DNA of 64,000 nucleotides from assembly GCA_051294375.1 (NCBI GenBank), contig CM119269.1, positions 23,355,497-23,419,496 on the forward strand, in the 5' to 3' direction. The position numbers and the translations under genes are program-made. How positions within the stretch are numbered: the first letter of the stretch is position 1; each line of letters begins with the position of its first letter. Shown here piece by piece: positions 34,983 through 48,395 of the stretch. A model generated the notes under the pieces. The model ran no database searches, was not told the DNA's origin, and saw nothing but the letters and a program-made list of their open reading frames with translations. Source of the stretch: Paraspadella gotoi. Its lineage: Eukaryota; Animalia; Chaetognatha.

Positions 34983-35250
34983 TCTAGTCAGGCATTACAA
35001 TAAGTTCACCCCGCCTATAAGCACATCACATTCAGTCGTGACCCGTTGGCTCATTGAGTTATACCATCAGCTCATGATCGTCAGGTGCCAGGATCGAACT
35101 GCGTTGGTAGGGAAGCGTGAAGACGGCCGGAAACCGCTTCGTTGGCCTGAAAAACCCACAAGCCTGGTTTTATGTCATGGACCCTTTCCATGGATGCTGT
35201 AGAAGCATAGAAAATAATGTCAGTTATCTTCAGCCAAGTTAAAGCTTTAG
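34983..35250 (+). mobile_element. Family A element (diverged)
   Basis: TAGTCAGGCATTACAATAAGTTCACCCCGCCTATAAGCAC...TGGCTCATTGAG...CCATCAGCTCATGA...GGATCGAAC...GGGAAGCGTGA. Confidence 0.75.
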
Positions 35251-35595
35251 CCTAAGTTTAAAATCTTAATGTTTATTTTTGTTTTTAAACAATGACACTC
35301 AGATTTATTAAAAAGGGTTCAGTGTCTCACTGTTTTACTAACAGACCTTCAGAGAAAACTTTAAGAAGATCAAGTTCAAGTCCGAACAGGTCTTTTAATT
35401 TGCACAGTGAGTTATATCTTTTTTTTTGCAGAAAACCCCGCCCCGCACAGTTGATTCTCTCTCTCCACCGGAAATTCACAAAACTAAACAATTTTCTTTC
35501 ATTAAAATCTAATTTTAAATTCTTAATTTCTTACCAAATATTTTTTTCTTTTTTAAAACAGAAAATATTAGTTTGAAGGTAACTTTTCTTTTCAG

Positions 35596-35730
35596 GGGCG
35601 AAGGCGGAGGCTGCGGGGCGCCAGCAGGGGGACGCGGGGGGACGCCTCAGCCGCCGCTGCCTCCTGCGGCGTGCTGCTGGTTCCTGCTGCTGATTTCAAA
35701 TCGAGTTTCATCGCGTACGATGTTCCTTGA
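35596..35730 (+). other. Possible GC-rich exon of an unidentified gene
   Basis: Polypyrimidine tract plus CAG acceptor followed by GC-rich sequence; repeated in noisy form at ~36790-36920(-) and ~38080-38330(+). Confidence 0.3.
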
Positions 35731-38700
35731 TTATCTGGAGCCGTCTCTCTCTCTCTCTCTCTCTCTCTCTAAAGTAAGGAGAGAGAGAGAGAGAAGCGAG
35801 AGGGAATGGAATAAGAGCTGAATCAAACAAGGCAGATATAAAACCATACCGTATAAAAAAACAAATAAAATAGACTTCTTCCCTTTCCCGCCGCATTACA
35901 CTTTTCTAGAATCATAAAACTAGCTTTTGTTTTTCCCCTGTTTTTTCTCTTCTTTTTGGTTGCTTCTCCTCCGCTTTTTTTGTTGCTTTCGTTCTCTTAT
36001 TGCCCAGTCTTTCTGTTCCTTTTCGCAAATGATTCTGGTTGGATTGAATGAGAGATGTGAGAAAACCGAGCGCTGAAACTCGGCGCAGTTGCTTTGTTTG
36101 TGAGAAGGTATGAGGAGTAATATTTGTAAAGATGATTTAGAAAAAGGGCTAGATCATGTGAAGATGGTGTGGTTTTGTTTGGGTCGCGTTCGTGGTACTG
36201 GGTTGATGTGTGGTGTTGGTTTTGCGGCTAAAGTTGGTTTTTAATATGTGTTATATGAGTGGGCGCCTGGATGTAGGTTGGAATCAATATAGTTAATTGA
36301 TAGCACATTTATAGGGGATGAATATGAAAATATCTCTCTCAACATACACTAAAAAATCAGTCAACGGGGATATTCGAGGATGAGTAAATAGGAGACGGAT
36401 GGAGGAGTAGTGGTGTAAGTGTGTAATTCATCTGATGTGTTCGAGGGCTCGTGGCGTTTTGGATTGGGCCGGTGGTCCTTAAGGATGTAGGGTAGGTCGA
36501 GTGTAAAAGAGCGTAGAGTAGAGACGATGAATCTGATGACGGTAGTTAGGAGGATGGCACGGACGGGCTACATGAGAGAGGGGTGTGGGTCCCTTTGTGA
36601 AGTCTGTGTATGAAATGTAAATGAGGCGGTAGAATGGAAGCCATGTTAGAAGAAAAGGAGACAATAGAGTAGAGAGAGATGAGGAGAGATGTATGGAGGA
36701 GAAGGGAGTAAGAGAAGAACGGAGGCCGGGCGTGTTCCCAGATAATGGTGCATTGAGATGAGAAAACAAGAGTAGCGCAGGGATGAGGACCGATGAAATC
36801 AGCAAGCAGGGGAACCATGGCAGCACTCTGTCCGGCAAAGAGGCGGAGGCGGTCGGCCTGACGCGTCCCCCCGCGTCCACCCTGGCTGCGCCCCGCAGGG
36901 CCTGCCGCCTTCCGCCTGAAAAGAAGGTTACCTTCGAAACTCATGATTGTGATGCTGGTTGGATGTAAAAAAGAGCAATGAGAGATATATTATTGGTAGG
37001 AAATTGAAGAATTTAAAGGATTACTCTCTGATTGTTTAGTGAGGAATGAATGGAAATTGCATTGTAGTGGATGTGGGAGTGAATTTCGGATCGAGGTGGG
37101 AGAGAGAGAACAACTTGGGTGGCGGGGGCGGGGTTTTCTGCAAAAAGAAGAGATATTAACTGCACTATGGGTGCAAATTTAAAAGACTGATGTTCGACTT
37201 GAAATTGATCTTCTTAAAGTTTTTTGCTCTCTGAAGGTTCTGTTAGTTAAGAAGCAGTGAGACTACTGACCCTTCTTTTAATAAATCTGTGAGTGTCTAT
37301 TGTTAACGTTAGGAGAAACTAAGAGAATAACATTAAGATTTTAAAGGAACTTAGATCGTTTCACAACACGTGAATCGGTTTAGGAGTCGGGTAGGAGGAG
37401 GAGTGAGTTGATGTGATGGAGTGAGTAGGAGAAGATCCTAGAGGTTGTCAAAAGTGGATGGCTTAATGTGTTGTTTGGTTATGTACGTTGTTGGGTTTGT
37501 TAAAGCAGATATTGAGCTGTGGGTGTGACTTGAGTGGGGTGTGTGTGGTGGGTGGGTTGGTGGTGTAGAGGGAAGTCAGTGATTGTTAGTGTTTAGAAAG
37601 GGGTCAGGTGGGTGTGGCTCGTGTGCCTCGAACTCGTTTTATCTGGGAGACAGGAGCCTGCTTCAGATGAGAACTTGGTATAGAAGATCGAAGGGTGTTC
37701 ACAGGTGCCGGAGCAGGATCTTTTAGGATGTGGTTGCACATGCTGAGGTCGGTTATATCGGGTTCTTTTTTTTTTTGCAGAAACGCGTGGCGCTCGGTGG
37801 TGGAGTTGTGCGCCGCGGGCAGGCACTAGTGTGATTCTCGTGGTGCTCCGACGCTGGAAATTGGGCACGAAAGTTGAGCTGAAACCAATTTTCTTGTTTC
37901 AGTGTGGAAAGAGTTAGATTTTTATAATATCTTTAATTCGGTGTTAACCGAACATTATTGTTTTTGGGTTCTGTTTTTTGAGGAAAGAAAACGAGGGAAT
38001 AGAGTGACGTGTTGGGAGTGGGTGGGCTTTGTTGGGTTGTTTTGACGGGTTTGCGTTGGTAATTCCGTTTCTTTTCGCAGGGGGAGTCTGAAGGCGGCTG
38101 CGCTGCGTGGCGCCAAGTTCTTAGGGGGGAACGGGGGTGTGGTGTGGGGTGGGGTTGGGGGGTTGGGTGTTCGGTGGTAGGCGGGGGGGTGTGGTCGGGG
38201 GGAGGGGGGTGGGTGGGGAGAGGTGCTTTTGTTGGTACGTGGGTCGGGTGACGGCTCTCAGTGCGCGGCCGCTTCGGCCAGCTCCTGGCGGACGGTTGCT
38301 GACTGGTTTCCTGTCTGGCTGAATTTTTTCAAAATGCTGAGTTTTCATGCGGCGCTACGAGGGATGTCACTTGAGGTGGGTATCTGGAGTGCCGTCTGCT
38401 CTCTCGGGTGGCGTGTGTTTCTGTTGGGGTTGGGGGGGGTAGGGGGGTGGGGGGTTTCGGGTGGTGTCACTCGGGGGGGTGGTTGTGTAGTTTGTGGGTC
38501 GATTGGGGTTGGGGGGGTTGTTTTCGGGTTGGTGGGTGGGTGCTGGCGGTGTGTGTGCGGTGGTTGCTTTGGGGGGGGGGGGGTGTGGTAGTCGGGTGAA
38601 CTGGCGTGCGGTGGTGTGTGGAGGGGGAGGTTTTGTGGGAGGAGTCGTCGGGGTGTTGGTGCCGGGGACGATTCGTTAGTGTCTTGCTCCTGGGGGGCGG

Positions 38701-40959
38701 GGCTGTTGTGTGAGGTCGTTCTCTGGTGGATTTCTGTGGGTGCGGGTGGGTGTTTCGGTTATTCGTCCTCTCCGTGGCCGCTCAGGTCCGTTCTCTCCTC
38801 TCATTTCTCTCTGCTCTCTGCTCTTCTCGGTGCAAAGTCAGCAGGTGGCTCTTCTCTCTACTCTCGTCTTAACTATTTCACCTACGGGGTTTTTTCTCCT
38901 TCGTATCAGTTAGCGGATGATTCATGAGAGAAACTCGTTGCTTGCTTTTCCAAATTTGCTAGGTCGGCGTGCGCGTTTTAGATAAGCACGAAACCTATTT
39001 TTTTAAAAAACGTGGATTTAAAAATGCATTGTTTTCGGTTAGTTTACTAAATAAGGCGAGCCTAAAGATTTCAGGTGTATTTGAAACAAATTTCATTCTT
39101 TTTATTTTTGCTAACACAGCAAACTGAAATGAATAAGAATTCGAATTACTATCTTTGTTATAGGATTACAATGCATACATTTTTATAAATAAAAAGAAAA
39201 TATAGAATCACATCCTTCGTATAATTAATAAAATTATTTCAGTTTGATCTACAGATCGTTTGGGAGGAGAACTTATTGTTTAAAGGAAAATGTTTATAAG
39301 CTAAGTAACGTTATATATAATGTAAATACACAAAGATCTCAAGCAGAAGCGAGTTATACTGTCATCTAAGGGAATTTTATTTCAGTGAACTTCAGAAGTT
39401 ATACTATCATTACAAATCGAATAAACAAAAGTTATTTTATATGTTGAAACTTAAGAAGCTAAACAACTAATTAACAGCGGACACAGATAATAAAAGTCGA
39501 TTCTACAATCATGATTATCATTAGAGAAGATATGATTGTCTGATACCAAAGTGTAAGTATTATGAGATCAGTCGACTATAGGTTGGCGAGTCGTTAGGAA
39601 CTTTTCTTTATTAGAATTTGTTTGCACTTGCAAGATATACGCCTGAAGATTTTTTTTTTACAAATAATTGATATGTAATTTAATGAGATGAAAGTTGGTA
39701 TTGATGGTTGATTAATGAACCAAATAACAGAAAGAAAATATTTTACGATTGGTAACTGATAATGTAAGTAGTAGGTGTTTGCTAACCTTGCTCAGAGAAT
39801 AAATTATATTTTTTTATTTTTACCCGTATGTCGGCATACAGGACCGGGGCAATATTTTTTTAGTTAATCTATTAAAAGTAGTTATAATAAGTAAAGGAAT
39901 ATGTGTACGAAGTATAGTAATTATAGTTAGACTTGTGTCTTTTGAATATACCTGCCTTGTTGTTAAGAGTAATGTGGATGATTATATATGATGGTGCTGA
40001 AGATCTGTGCTATTATCGATTTTGTGTTTTTTTGTTGTTTGTGATTTTTCGTTGTGAAATTAATGGTGCTCGTATATATAAATGTAAATGGTTGTATATA
40101 TTGAGATAACTCGTAAGGTAACTGAACTCAATCTTTGTAATTTATAAATAGCACAATAACTACATATACAATGACAGACCACGCGTAGTGTATTGCAGGT
40201 ACAAGTATTTGTTGTACGGAAGTGTTGTAAGAGGTCAAGCATGAAATGATGAGGGCAGAGCGTACGGTTCATTAATAATTTTGAAGTATAAATATATCAT
40301 TATTTTTTTGTGTTTAAGAATGAAGAAAATGAACAATTTTGCTATGAAGTCAGCCAGTGACCTTTCCAAAGTAAATGTAAAAGCGTGAATATGATGAAGT
40401 ACGCCGAAATAAATCGCTAATGCTAGAGGAAAGAAGAATCAGTGAGGATTGAAGAAAGGCTATTTGAATTGGGATGTTGAGCCGAGTACGGGCATTTGAG
40501 AAATAATAAGGTAAATAGTAAGATTAACAGAAAAATATTAAATAATTTAGAAAATATAAATATTGCATAAAGAGGCCAATAACAATAGAAGATAGATCGT
40601 GAACCGGGTGTATGGTGTTACTTGTAATGAGGTGAATATTTTACCGCAAGATGTAGTAAACAATTATTTTGACTCGTGGCAGGGGACACCTGGTTGTTGT
40701 CTGTCGCAAGTATGCAAATAAGATTTTTTGCTCTGTAATTTTAATTTATGTGTTGCACAGTTTCGAGAATTAAAACCTATGAGATAGAAAAAGTATGCTA
40801 TGTTCTTTTCTTGTAGAGTGAGTGATTATGAGGCTTAAACCATAAGCTGTCCCAAAGTCCAGGTGGGCAGAATAGCTTATTTATTAAGTGGAATGTATAT
40901 ATTTTTATTGGTTGTACCGAATTTCATAAAGCAGGACCGGTGAACATAGCGTGTCCAAG

Positions 40960-43900
40960 AGCAGTGAGATTGCAGACGCGGCCGGATCCGGGAGGCGGAG
41001 GTGAAAAGCGGTCCGGAGGCGCATTGTTTTTTGAGGTGGCTGAAGCTTGGGCTAAGAGTAAAAATTGGGGGCAGGGAGGCTGAGAATGGGAAGGCCGGTA
41101 AGAAAAGGACTGTGTGGCGCGTTCTCGCCTCTTGCTTGTGCTTTTTGTTGGTTTTGTTATACGGCAAAAATGCAAAGGTTTGTTCCTCAAGATTAAAATG
41201 CCTTTTATTGTTCCCAAGAATTGTTGCTCTATTTTTGTTCTAAATTTAGGATATTGCTAAATTCTGAAGGCGTTTATGACAGCTGCCATTGGTTTTATAT
41301 TATAATATTTTTTTTAATTCAAAAAGAAAAATATTTCTAGTTCTGTTTAAATTATTTTCTAAATAAGTTGTACATAAGCATACTATTTTATATTTTTTTT
41401 TTTTAATACATTCCATTCACTCAATTTATTCCTTTTTTATTTTAAAACAAAAGATAATTAATTAGTTAATTTATTCCATGAATAATATTAATTAAATCAT
41501 TTAATTCATAATCTTATTCTATTCTATTTATTTATTAACTTTTATTCATTTTATTAAATCAAATAATTTTTTATCTTGCATCATTATTTTAAACTTGTAC
41601 TTTTTTTATTTGCATTATTATTTTAACTGGCATCATTTTTTCAAGCCTGGCATTCTTTTTTTAACATGCAATTATTTTTTATTTATATTATTAAACTTGA
41701 ATCATTTTAATTTGCATTATTTTTTTAAACCTGTATATGTTTTTGAAGTTGCAATTTTTTGTTTTTTTAATTTGTAATATATTTTCAATTTGCATTCATT
41801 TTTTTTATTTTTGAATCATGTTTCTATCTTGATCATTTTTTTAACTTGTATATCATTTTTTAAACTAGCTTCATTTTTAAACTTGCATATTTTTTTTAAA
41901 TTTGTATCATTTTTTTAAGCTTGCATTATTTTTTAATTCAATTATATTTTTTAATTCGGCATTATTTTTTTAATTTTCATTATTTTTAAAACTTGCAATC
42001 ATTTTTTTAAACTTTTTCCATCATTTATTCAATTTGTAATATTTTTTATTTGTATTGTTTTTTAACCATTGCATCATTTTTTAAATATTGCATCTTTGTT
42101 TTTAGGCTTGGCCTCATGTTTTTTTAACTTGCCTCATTTTTTTTTTATAACGATTGCCTCATATTTTTAACTTTGTATTATTTTTTTATTTTTTAGTATT
42201 TTTTTAATTTTATATTACCTTTTAACTTATACAGTTTTAATAGTTTTTATATTAATTTATTATATTATCAGTTTTATTTTTAGTAAAAACAATTCCTAAA
42301 ATTGGTACAGATACGAATATAAACAATTATACATTTCAGGATTAATAAATAGATTATCTTGCTCCCTGACTTTGGTATTTTAATTCTTATAAACCAAATA
42401 GTATTGATAGGGTAGGTAGTTTATATGAGGATATAATAGACTATAAAGCAAGATAATATAGAAAGGCGGTAACAGACTGTTATGGAAAACACTAGAAAAA
42501 CAAGACTCGTGATTGTCAAAAGTGTAATGTGTGGAGAGGTTAGTGGTATTGCTAGAAGTTGGATCGCTGTGAAGGTAATAATAGTAGAGGTGCTCCAAGG
42601 TGGGTCAAGGTAGAAGGGTTGAGAGAGAGTGGGAGATGCGTGTGGGATCGGGAGGGAGAGATGCTGCGCTGCAGGTGAGATGGGGGTTGGTGTGGATCAG
42701 ATGAGTGGCAAGAGAAGGAGAAGCAAGACAGAGGGAGAGGAGAGAAGAGGATCAGCCAGATAAGAGAGTACCTGAGAGATGGAGAGAGAGAGGAGAAGCG
42801 AAAGGGAGATGGAGAGGTATAGAGGAGATAGGAAATAATAAGAGTAGGAAGAGGAAAGTAGAGAAGAAAGGTAGAGAGGAAAGGAAGAGGTTGGCTGAAG
42901 AAGAAGGTGTCATAAAGAAATAGGCGATGGCGATTAAGAAGAAAAGAAAAGTGGAGAAGGTGAGGATGAGTAGGGTTATTTTTGTAATGAAAATTGAGAT
43001 TAGAAGTTATTAGTGTGAAAGAGCAGGAAGATGGTGAATATGATGCTGTGGTTCTGAATGTTGTGTGGTTGTTTAGTATATGGCTTTTGTTTTTATAGAT
43101 TGGTTGATTGGTTAGGGCGGATTTTGTGTTGAGAAGTCGTGGGCATGGATTTTGTGTATGTGTCTATTGGGTAGGGTGGGGGTGGATTGCGCCTGAAAAC
43201 ATAAGAATGAATTTAGTGTAAATTAGAAGAATGAAGGGCTACTGAGGGAGGATGGGAGAGGAGTAAGGTGGGAGCAGATGAGAGGTAAGGGGAAGAGCAG
43301 GAAAAGTGAGACAGAGCGAATCCGGCTGGTGAGCTGATGAATGGACTGTGGACAGATATGATAGTTAAGTATAGTTGTAAAGATTTAGTATTTGAATATG
43401 TATTTGAGGATTGATGCAGTGCCACCTAAAAGTCGTAGTCGTTATGGAGTGGAATGTGATATTGTATTGTATGGAGAATTTTGTATGTTGGTTACTTTGT
43501 ATGAATGGAGGTGTGGTGTATTGTGGTGCTGGTAAATTTACTTTATTGATGTAATGTTATTTTTTATTCTGTTGCTTTTGTGGGTAGGCGAGGGAAATAA
43601 GAGGGTATTTGTTTAGTGTGGTGCGAGGTGTGAGGCTCTTTTGAGTTTGATTGTGGCTTATAGGTGGGGTTCAAAGCGTATGCGATCGCCACTCGTGGTT
43701 CCTCGGATCGGGACGTGTGTGTCTGTGGGTTGGGGGGCGTTATTTGTCACTAGTCGATTCCGGGATCTTATTCCAGAGATCAGCTAGTAATGCCTGATGT
43801 ATTGTTGCGTTGATTAAAGAGTGAAAGAAAGAGTTTTATGATCATATAAAGAAGCTCCATCGAGCTGAAATTACAGATATAGTAATAATATAAGAGTTGT

Positions 43901-45510
43901 CGTTTTTTGTAAGAAGAAGGATGAGTGGGAAAAGAGACAGAGGCAAGAGAGAAAAAAGAAAAGAGAGTGAGAGGAAAGGTCTTCCAACGAAGCCGTATTA
44001 TTTTTTGTTTATGTTATTTGGTTGAAAAATTGGAAATTAAGGTGTTATTTTTAACACTCTCTTAAGACAATAGTAGTTATGTGTAGCATATTCTTACGTT
44101 TTTGTAGTTCAATAGTAGAAGATGATATAAGTTTTCTCAATAATATAACTTACCAACTGGATTGTTCAGGCGACCCGCATTTGTTATCCAGATAAATTTT
44201 AGTTATTTTTATTATGGACGTTGAAAACTAAATATTTCTAGATTAAAGCTTTCTTTTAGTAGATAATGATTTTATATAGGAGAAAGTTAATATGTGAAAA
44301 AGAATGACGAAGGTCGTTGAATTTATTTTACTATGTCCGGATGTATTTGTTGGTAATAGATAAATTATAAAAAAAAATGTGATTTATTAGATAAGTTTTG
44401 ATCATAGTTTTTCCAAGTTAGAAGAAGAAAACTTGGCTTGAATCATAATTTTTTGACTTCACTATCGATGTAGTGAAAAACATATTTTTTGAATTTTTTT
44501 GAGATTTCAAAATCGAGTTATTTAAGGTTTTTCTTTGTGTGGGTGTTGTTGCTGATGGGGAGGTAAGACGGTTTTTGTAAGTAGACGAAGATATTAGGAG
44601 GAGGTATTCAGCAGAAATTTTTGCCCCATTTATCGCATTTATGTTGTCTCGGGTGAGATATTCACCTTTTGATAAATAAAAGTTGCTTACTACGTAAACG
44701 AATTATATATACTATGGTTTTTATATATATTAAAATAGTATCTCGTAGTACGATGTTGTTTTATTCTTAACTTTTCTTAAGGATTCTTATGTTATAGAAT
44801 GTTAAATATAAAATTTTACTCCTATTTTATTTTAAGGCACGAGGAAGTTTAGAGGAGTGAATACCAAGAAATGAATATGAAGTCATATAAGTATAGAATC
44901 GTTTGTCTTATTGCGTCTAGCTGTTCCCGTTATTGTCCTAGCTAGGATAGTTCTGGTTGGTCTCCTGAATGATTGGTTGTGTGTTTTGAGCTTTATGCCG
45001 CTTTTGGGTCTTCGTGTGTCGTTAGTATTGTGTGTTGGTTTTGCCTCCGGGTGTTCCGGATTGCTTAGTCTTCTCTCGGTGTCGCTCTTTCTTCTTTTGC
45101 GCGGCGGCCGCGGTTGCGTGCCCGTTCAGCTCCCGTCGCTCTCCCGAGTCGCAGGCGGTTATTTCTCGTCTCTTCTCTGTCCTCGCTCAAGAGATTCGTC
45201 TTTTGGCATAGGAATAGTTGTTCTTATAAATATTTGTTCGGTTTCAGTGACCCGAATTGATGCTGATAGTTAAAGAGAAGTAGGATATCAGGTACAATAC
45301 TTATAAAGGAAAAAATTGTTTGAACAAGGAAGCGCGAGGCGTTAAGTAGGGCGACGAGGGGAGGCGATACCGGCTAAAAAAAGTGATGAGTGTGAGATCG
45401 CAGCAGCGACCGCGAGGCGGAGGCGGGGGGGTTCTTCGGCGAGGCGTGGGCTAGGCGTGAGGAGTCGGGGATAATTTAGCGGCGTCCCAGTCTTATGTCC
45501 AGCATTGGTG
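40960..45510. mobile_element. Putative hAT-like insertion present only in the noisy copy of the anoctamin upstream region
   Basis: The locus GTGTCCAAAGTCATG is uninterrupted at ~62470 but split here; GTGTCC(C)AA flanks both sides; ends CAGTG.../...CATTG with GC-rich subterminal sequence; ~21-bp (TTTAAACTTGCATCATTTTT) array at ~41570-42200. Confidence 0.45.
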
Positions 45511-45638
45511 TCCCAAAGGGGTCATGACATTGAAAATGGTTGTACCCTACAGTAATCAAGGTAACCCTCCACAAATCTTAATTTTTTAAGCCAGAAATGC
45601 GTAGATTATTTAATTTGTGTAAATGCTCCGAGAATAGA

Positions 45639-47750
45639 ATGGAATTGGGGTGTTTCGAAGGATTAGGGCGAAACAACGCGTCCGTTGGCGTGGCAGCTAG
45701 AGTCGCCCGCCTCCTTCGCGCCGCTCCATGTCCATGTCCCGGCCCAGTAGGCCCGCTCTACGACCCTGCCTTCGTCTGGTTTCGGATGTCCCTATACAGC
45801 CGCCAAACCGATTGGACAGACGAATCCGAAACCAGATGCAGATCCGTCACCTGTAGAATCGCGACGACGTCTGCCAGGCCCGACAAATGATATGGAGCCG
45901 ATCGCGCCCGGAGGAGTAATTTTACGCCAGAGATGGAGGACAGGAATTCGAGGAGTCGTGAGAGAGAACAGAGAGGAGAGGTGGAGAGAGGGGAGAGAGA
46001 GGGAGAGGAGTGCGAGGGGGGGAGGGGAGAGGGAGAAAGGAGGAGGGTGAGGAAGGAGAAGAGAGAGGGGAGGGGGTTGGAGAAGCGAAAGAGCGTGAGA
46101 GAATGGAAAGTAAGATAATGAGAGAAGAAGAGAAGAGAGTGAGTGTAGAGAGAGGAGAGAGAAGAGAAGAGAAGAAAGATAGTGGATCAAAAGGAATAGC
46201 CAAAATGCGTCTAATTGGGAGAGAGAGAGAAAGAAGATAGAGAGAGGGGGAAAAGAGCGAGAGAGAGAGGAAGAGGAAACCGGATTTTCCAGAGTGGGTT
46301 CAAAGAATAGTAAGTGAGAGAGAAGGAGGAATTGATAATGACAGAGAGAGAGAGACGAAGAGAGACATTTGAGAGAGAGAGGAAATCCGTAAATTTTTAT
46401 TTTTAACTCTCAGTGGTGGCAATCATTTATTTAATTGAGTACGGAATGTCGGAGAATCGATTTCTTATTTGTGCTTATGGAAGCTAAAAGTAGTCAGGGT
46501 TTTAGCTCTAAGAAAGGTTCCTATTGGTTTTTAATCTTAATTCTCTTATATTAACCAAGGCTTGGGCCCAATCCCCTTCGTGGAGCCATAGAACGAACTT
46601 CTTCCTGGCGTGATTGGTTCTCCGCGCTCAGCTGTTTCCTGGTGTGCCTCGCAGTTGTGATTGATTGTTACGTTGGGTGGGTCCGAGATGCTTGAGGGTG
46701 CGCGTGAAGATGGCAGAGTGCAAAGGCACGAACCGAAGTGTGTGGTGACCGTTTTTCGAGGATGTGTTTTTGCCTTGGTAAAGGTGGAAAGAATGTTGGG
46801 TCTGATGTTGAAGTTAGCTGGTGCGACTCCCTGCGACGACTGTCCTTCCGCGACCCCCACGGACAGAGCCAGGCATTGTGTGTGTGTTAAGGTTTCGTCC
46901 TGGCCCACTTGTACGTATTGGGGTACTGTGTCTACGTAGGGTCTTTTTGGTGTTGTTGAATAGTGGTGAGAATGGTGAGTTTGGTTGGGATCGATCGATT
47001 GATTGGTTGGATTTTATTGGTTGGATTTATCTCTCTTCCCTTTTCCCCCCAAAAAGTCCCGCCTTTAAAATGATCATGGATTGATTGGTTGGATTGAATG
47101 GTTGGATTTATCTCGCTTCCATTTTCCCCCCAAAAAGTCCTGCCTTAAAATGATCGATTGATATGATTGGTTGGATTGATTGGTTGGATTTATATCTCCC
47201 ATTTCCCGCAAAAGAGTCCCGCCTTAAAATGATCGATTGATTGATTGATTGTTGGATTGATTAGTTGGATTTATCTCCTTCCCATTTTCCCCCAAAAGTC
47301 CCGCCTTAAAATTATCGATTGGATTGATTGGTTGGATTGATTGGTTGGATATAATCCATCCCCTTCCCATTTCTCCCCAAAAAGTCCCGCCTTAAAATGA
47401 TCGATCGATTGATTGGTTGGATTGATATTGGTTGGATTGATGGTGGATAGGATTTTATCTCCCTTCCCATTTTTCCCCCACAAAGTCCCGGCTAAAAATG
47501 CCGATCCGTGGCGGACGTGACGAAGACGACGCCGAGACGAATTCCTTCGGGCGCATCTCGACGAGCCTCTGGACTAAGAATGACGCAGCCGTTCCGCGTC
47601 GACAGCACCGTCGTATCGGAGCGCGCCGGATTTCTACACTTGCGCCTTCAATACTGGGTCGAAAATGGAAATTTTTAGAATCGAAAATAAAGAGACGTAT
47701 TTTTCTCTTCTGCTCAAAGAAGTAGACGCTTCCCTCATAACTTGAGCGGA
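45639..47750 (+). pseudogene. Noisy third copy of anoctamin exons 1-4
   Basis: MELGCFEGLGRNNAS and GRISTSLWTK segments are recognisable; many indels. Confidence 0.7.
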
Positions 47751-48002
47751 AGTATTTGCAAGAACGCGGAATTAGCTGCATTTGTGTTATAATAACNNNN
47801 NNNNNNNNNNNNNNNNNNNNNGGACCCGAATAGAGAGGTTTCTTATTTTATCGTAAAAACAATTATTATGAAAAATTCTACGAAGACCCGTAAAAACGGT
47901 TTTTCCTAGCCTGGTTCCAAGCCCAACCCGTTCTTTGGCGCTGAGGACTTAAAAAAAGGATTTACGGACAGTCATCTTCAGCCCGTCTAGCGCCTATATA
48001 CA

Positions 48003-48209
48003 AATTAAGTTAATTAATTCGCAACAAATTAAGTAATTAATTCGCAACAAATTAAGTAAGAATTCGCAACAAATTAAGTAATTAATTCGCAACAAATTAA
48101 GTAATTAATTCCGCAACAAATAAGTAATTAATTCGCAACAAATTAAGTAATTAATTCGCAACAAATTAAGTAATTAAATTCGCAACAAATTAAGTAATTA
48201 ATTCGCAAC
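48003..48209 (-). repeat. 23-bp minisatellite starting at an anoctamin donor
   Basis: Minus-strand unit GTTGCGAATTAATTACTTAATTT, about 9 copies; the exon ends CCAG|GTTGCG at 48210/48209. Confidence 0.85.
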
Positions 48210-48363
48210 CTGGCAAGTGAATTATTAGCGTCAACGAATTTCAATTATGTTTGTTGATTCAAAGCAAAAACTGGAGCCAAAGGAAAAGCAGTGACGAATA
48301 GAGTTGAACAAAGCCAAACTGAATAAAATGAGAGAGAGAGAGAGAGAGGAGAGGGTGGAGAGA

Positions 48364-48395
<32 letters not shown>

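Larger units (their letters stand above)
35900..47796. other. Low-accuracy, insertion-rich raw-read-like sequence re-reading neighbouring loci
   Basis: ~36500-37340 is a noisy reverse copy and ~37690-38350 a noisy forward copy of ~35250-35730; ~38880-47750 is a noisy copy of 61037-64000 and its continuation. Confidence 0.85.

Noticed and set aside
37400-38950. G/T-rich Gly-Val ORFs and G-quadruplex-rich island
   Set aside because: Lies in raw-read-quality sequence with G/T insertions over a recognisable template.
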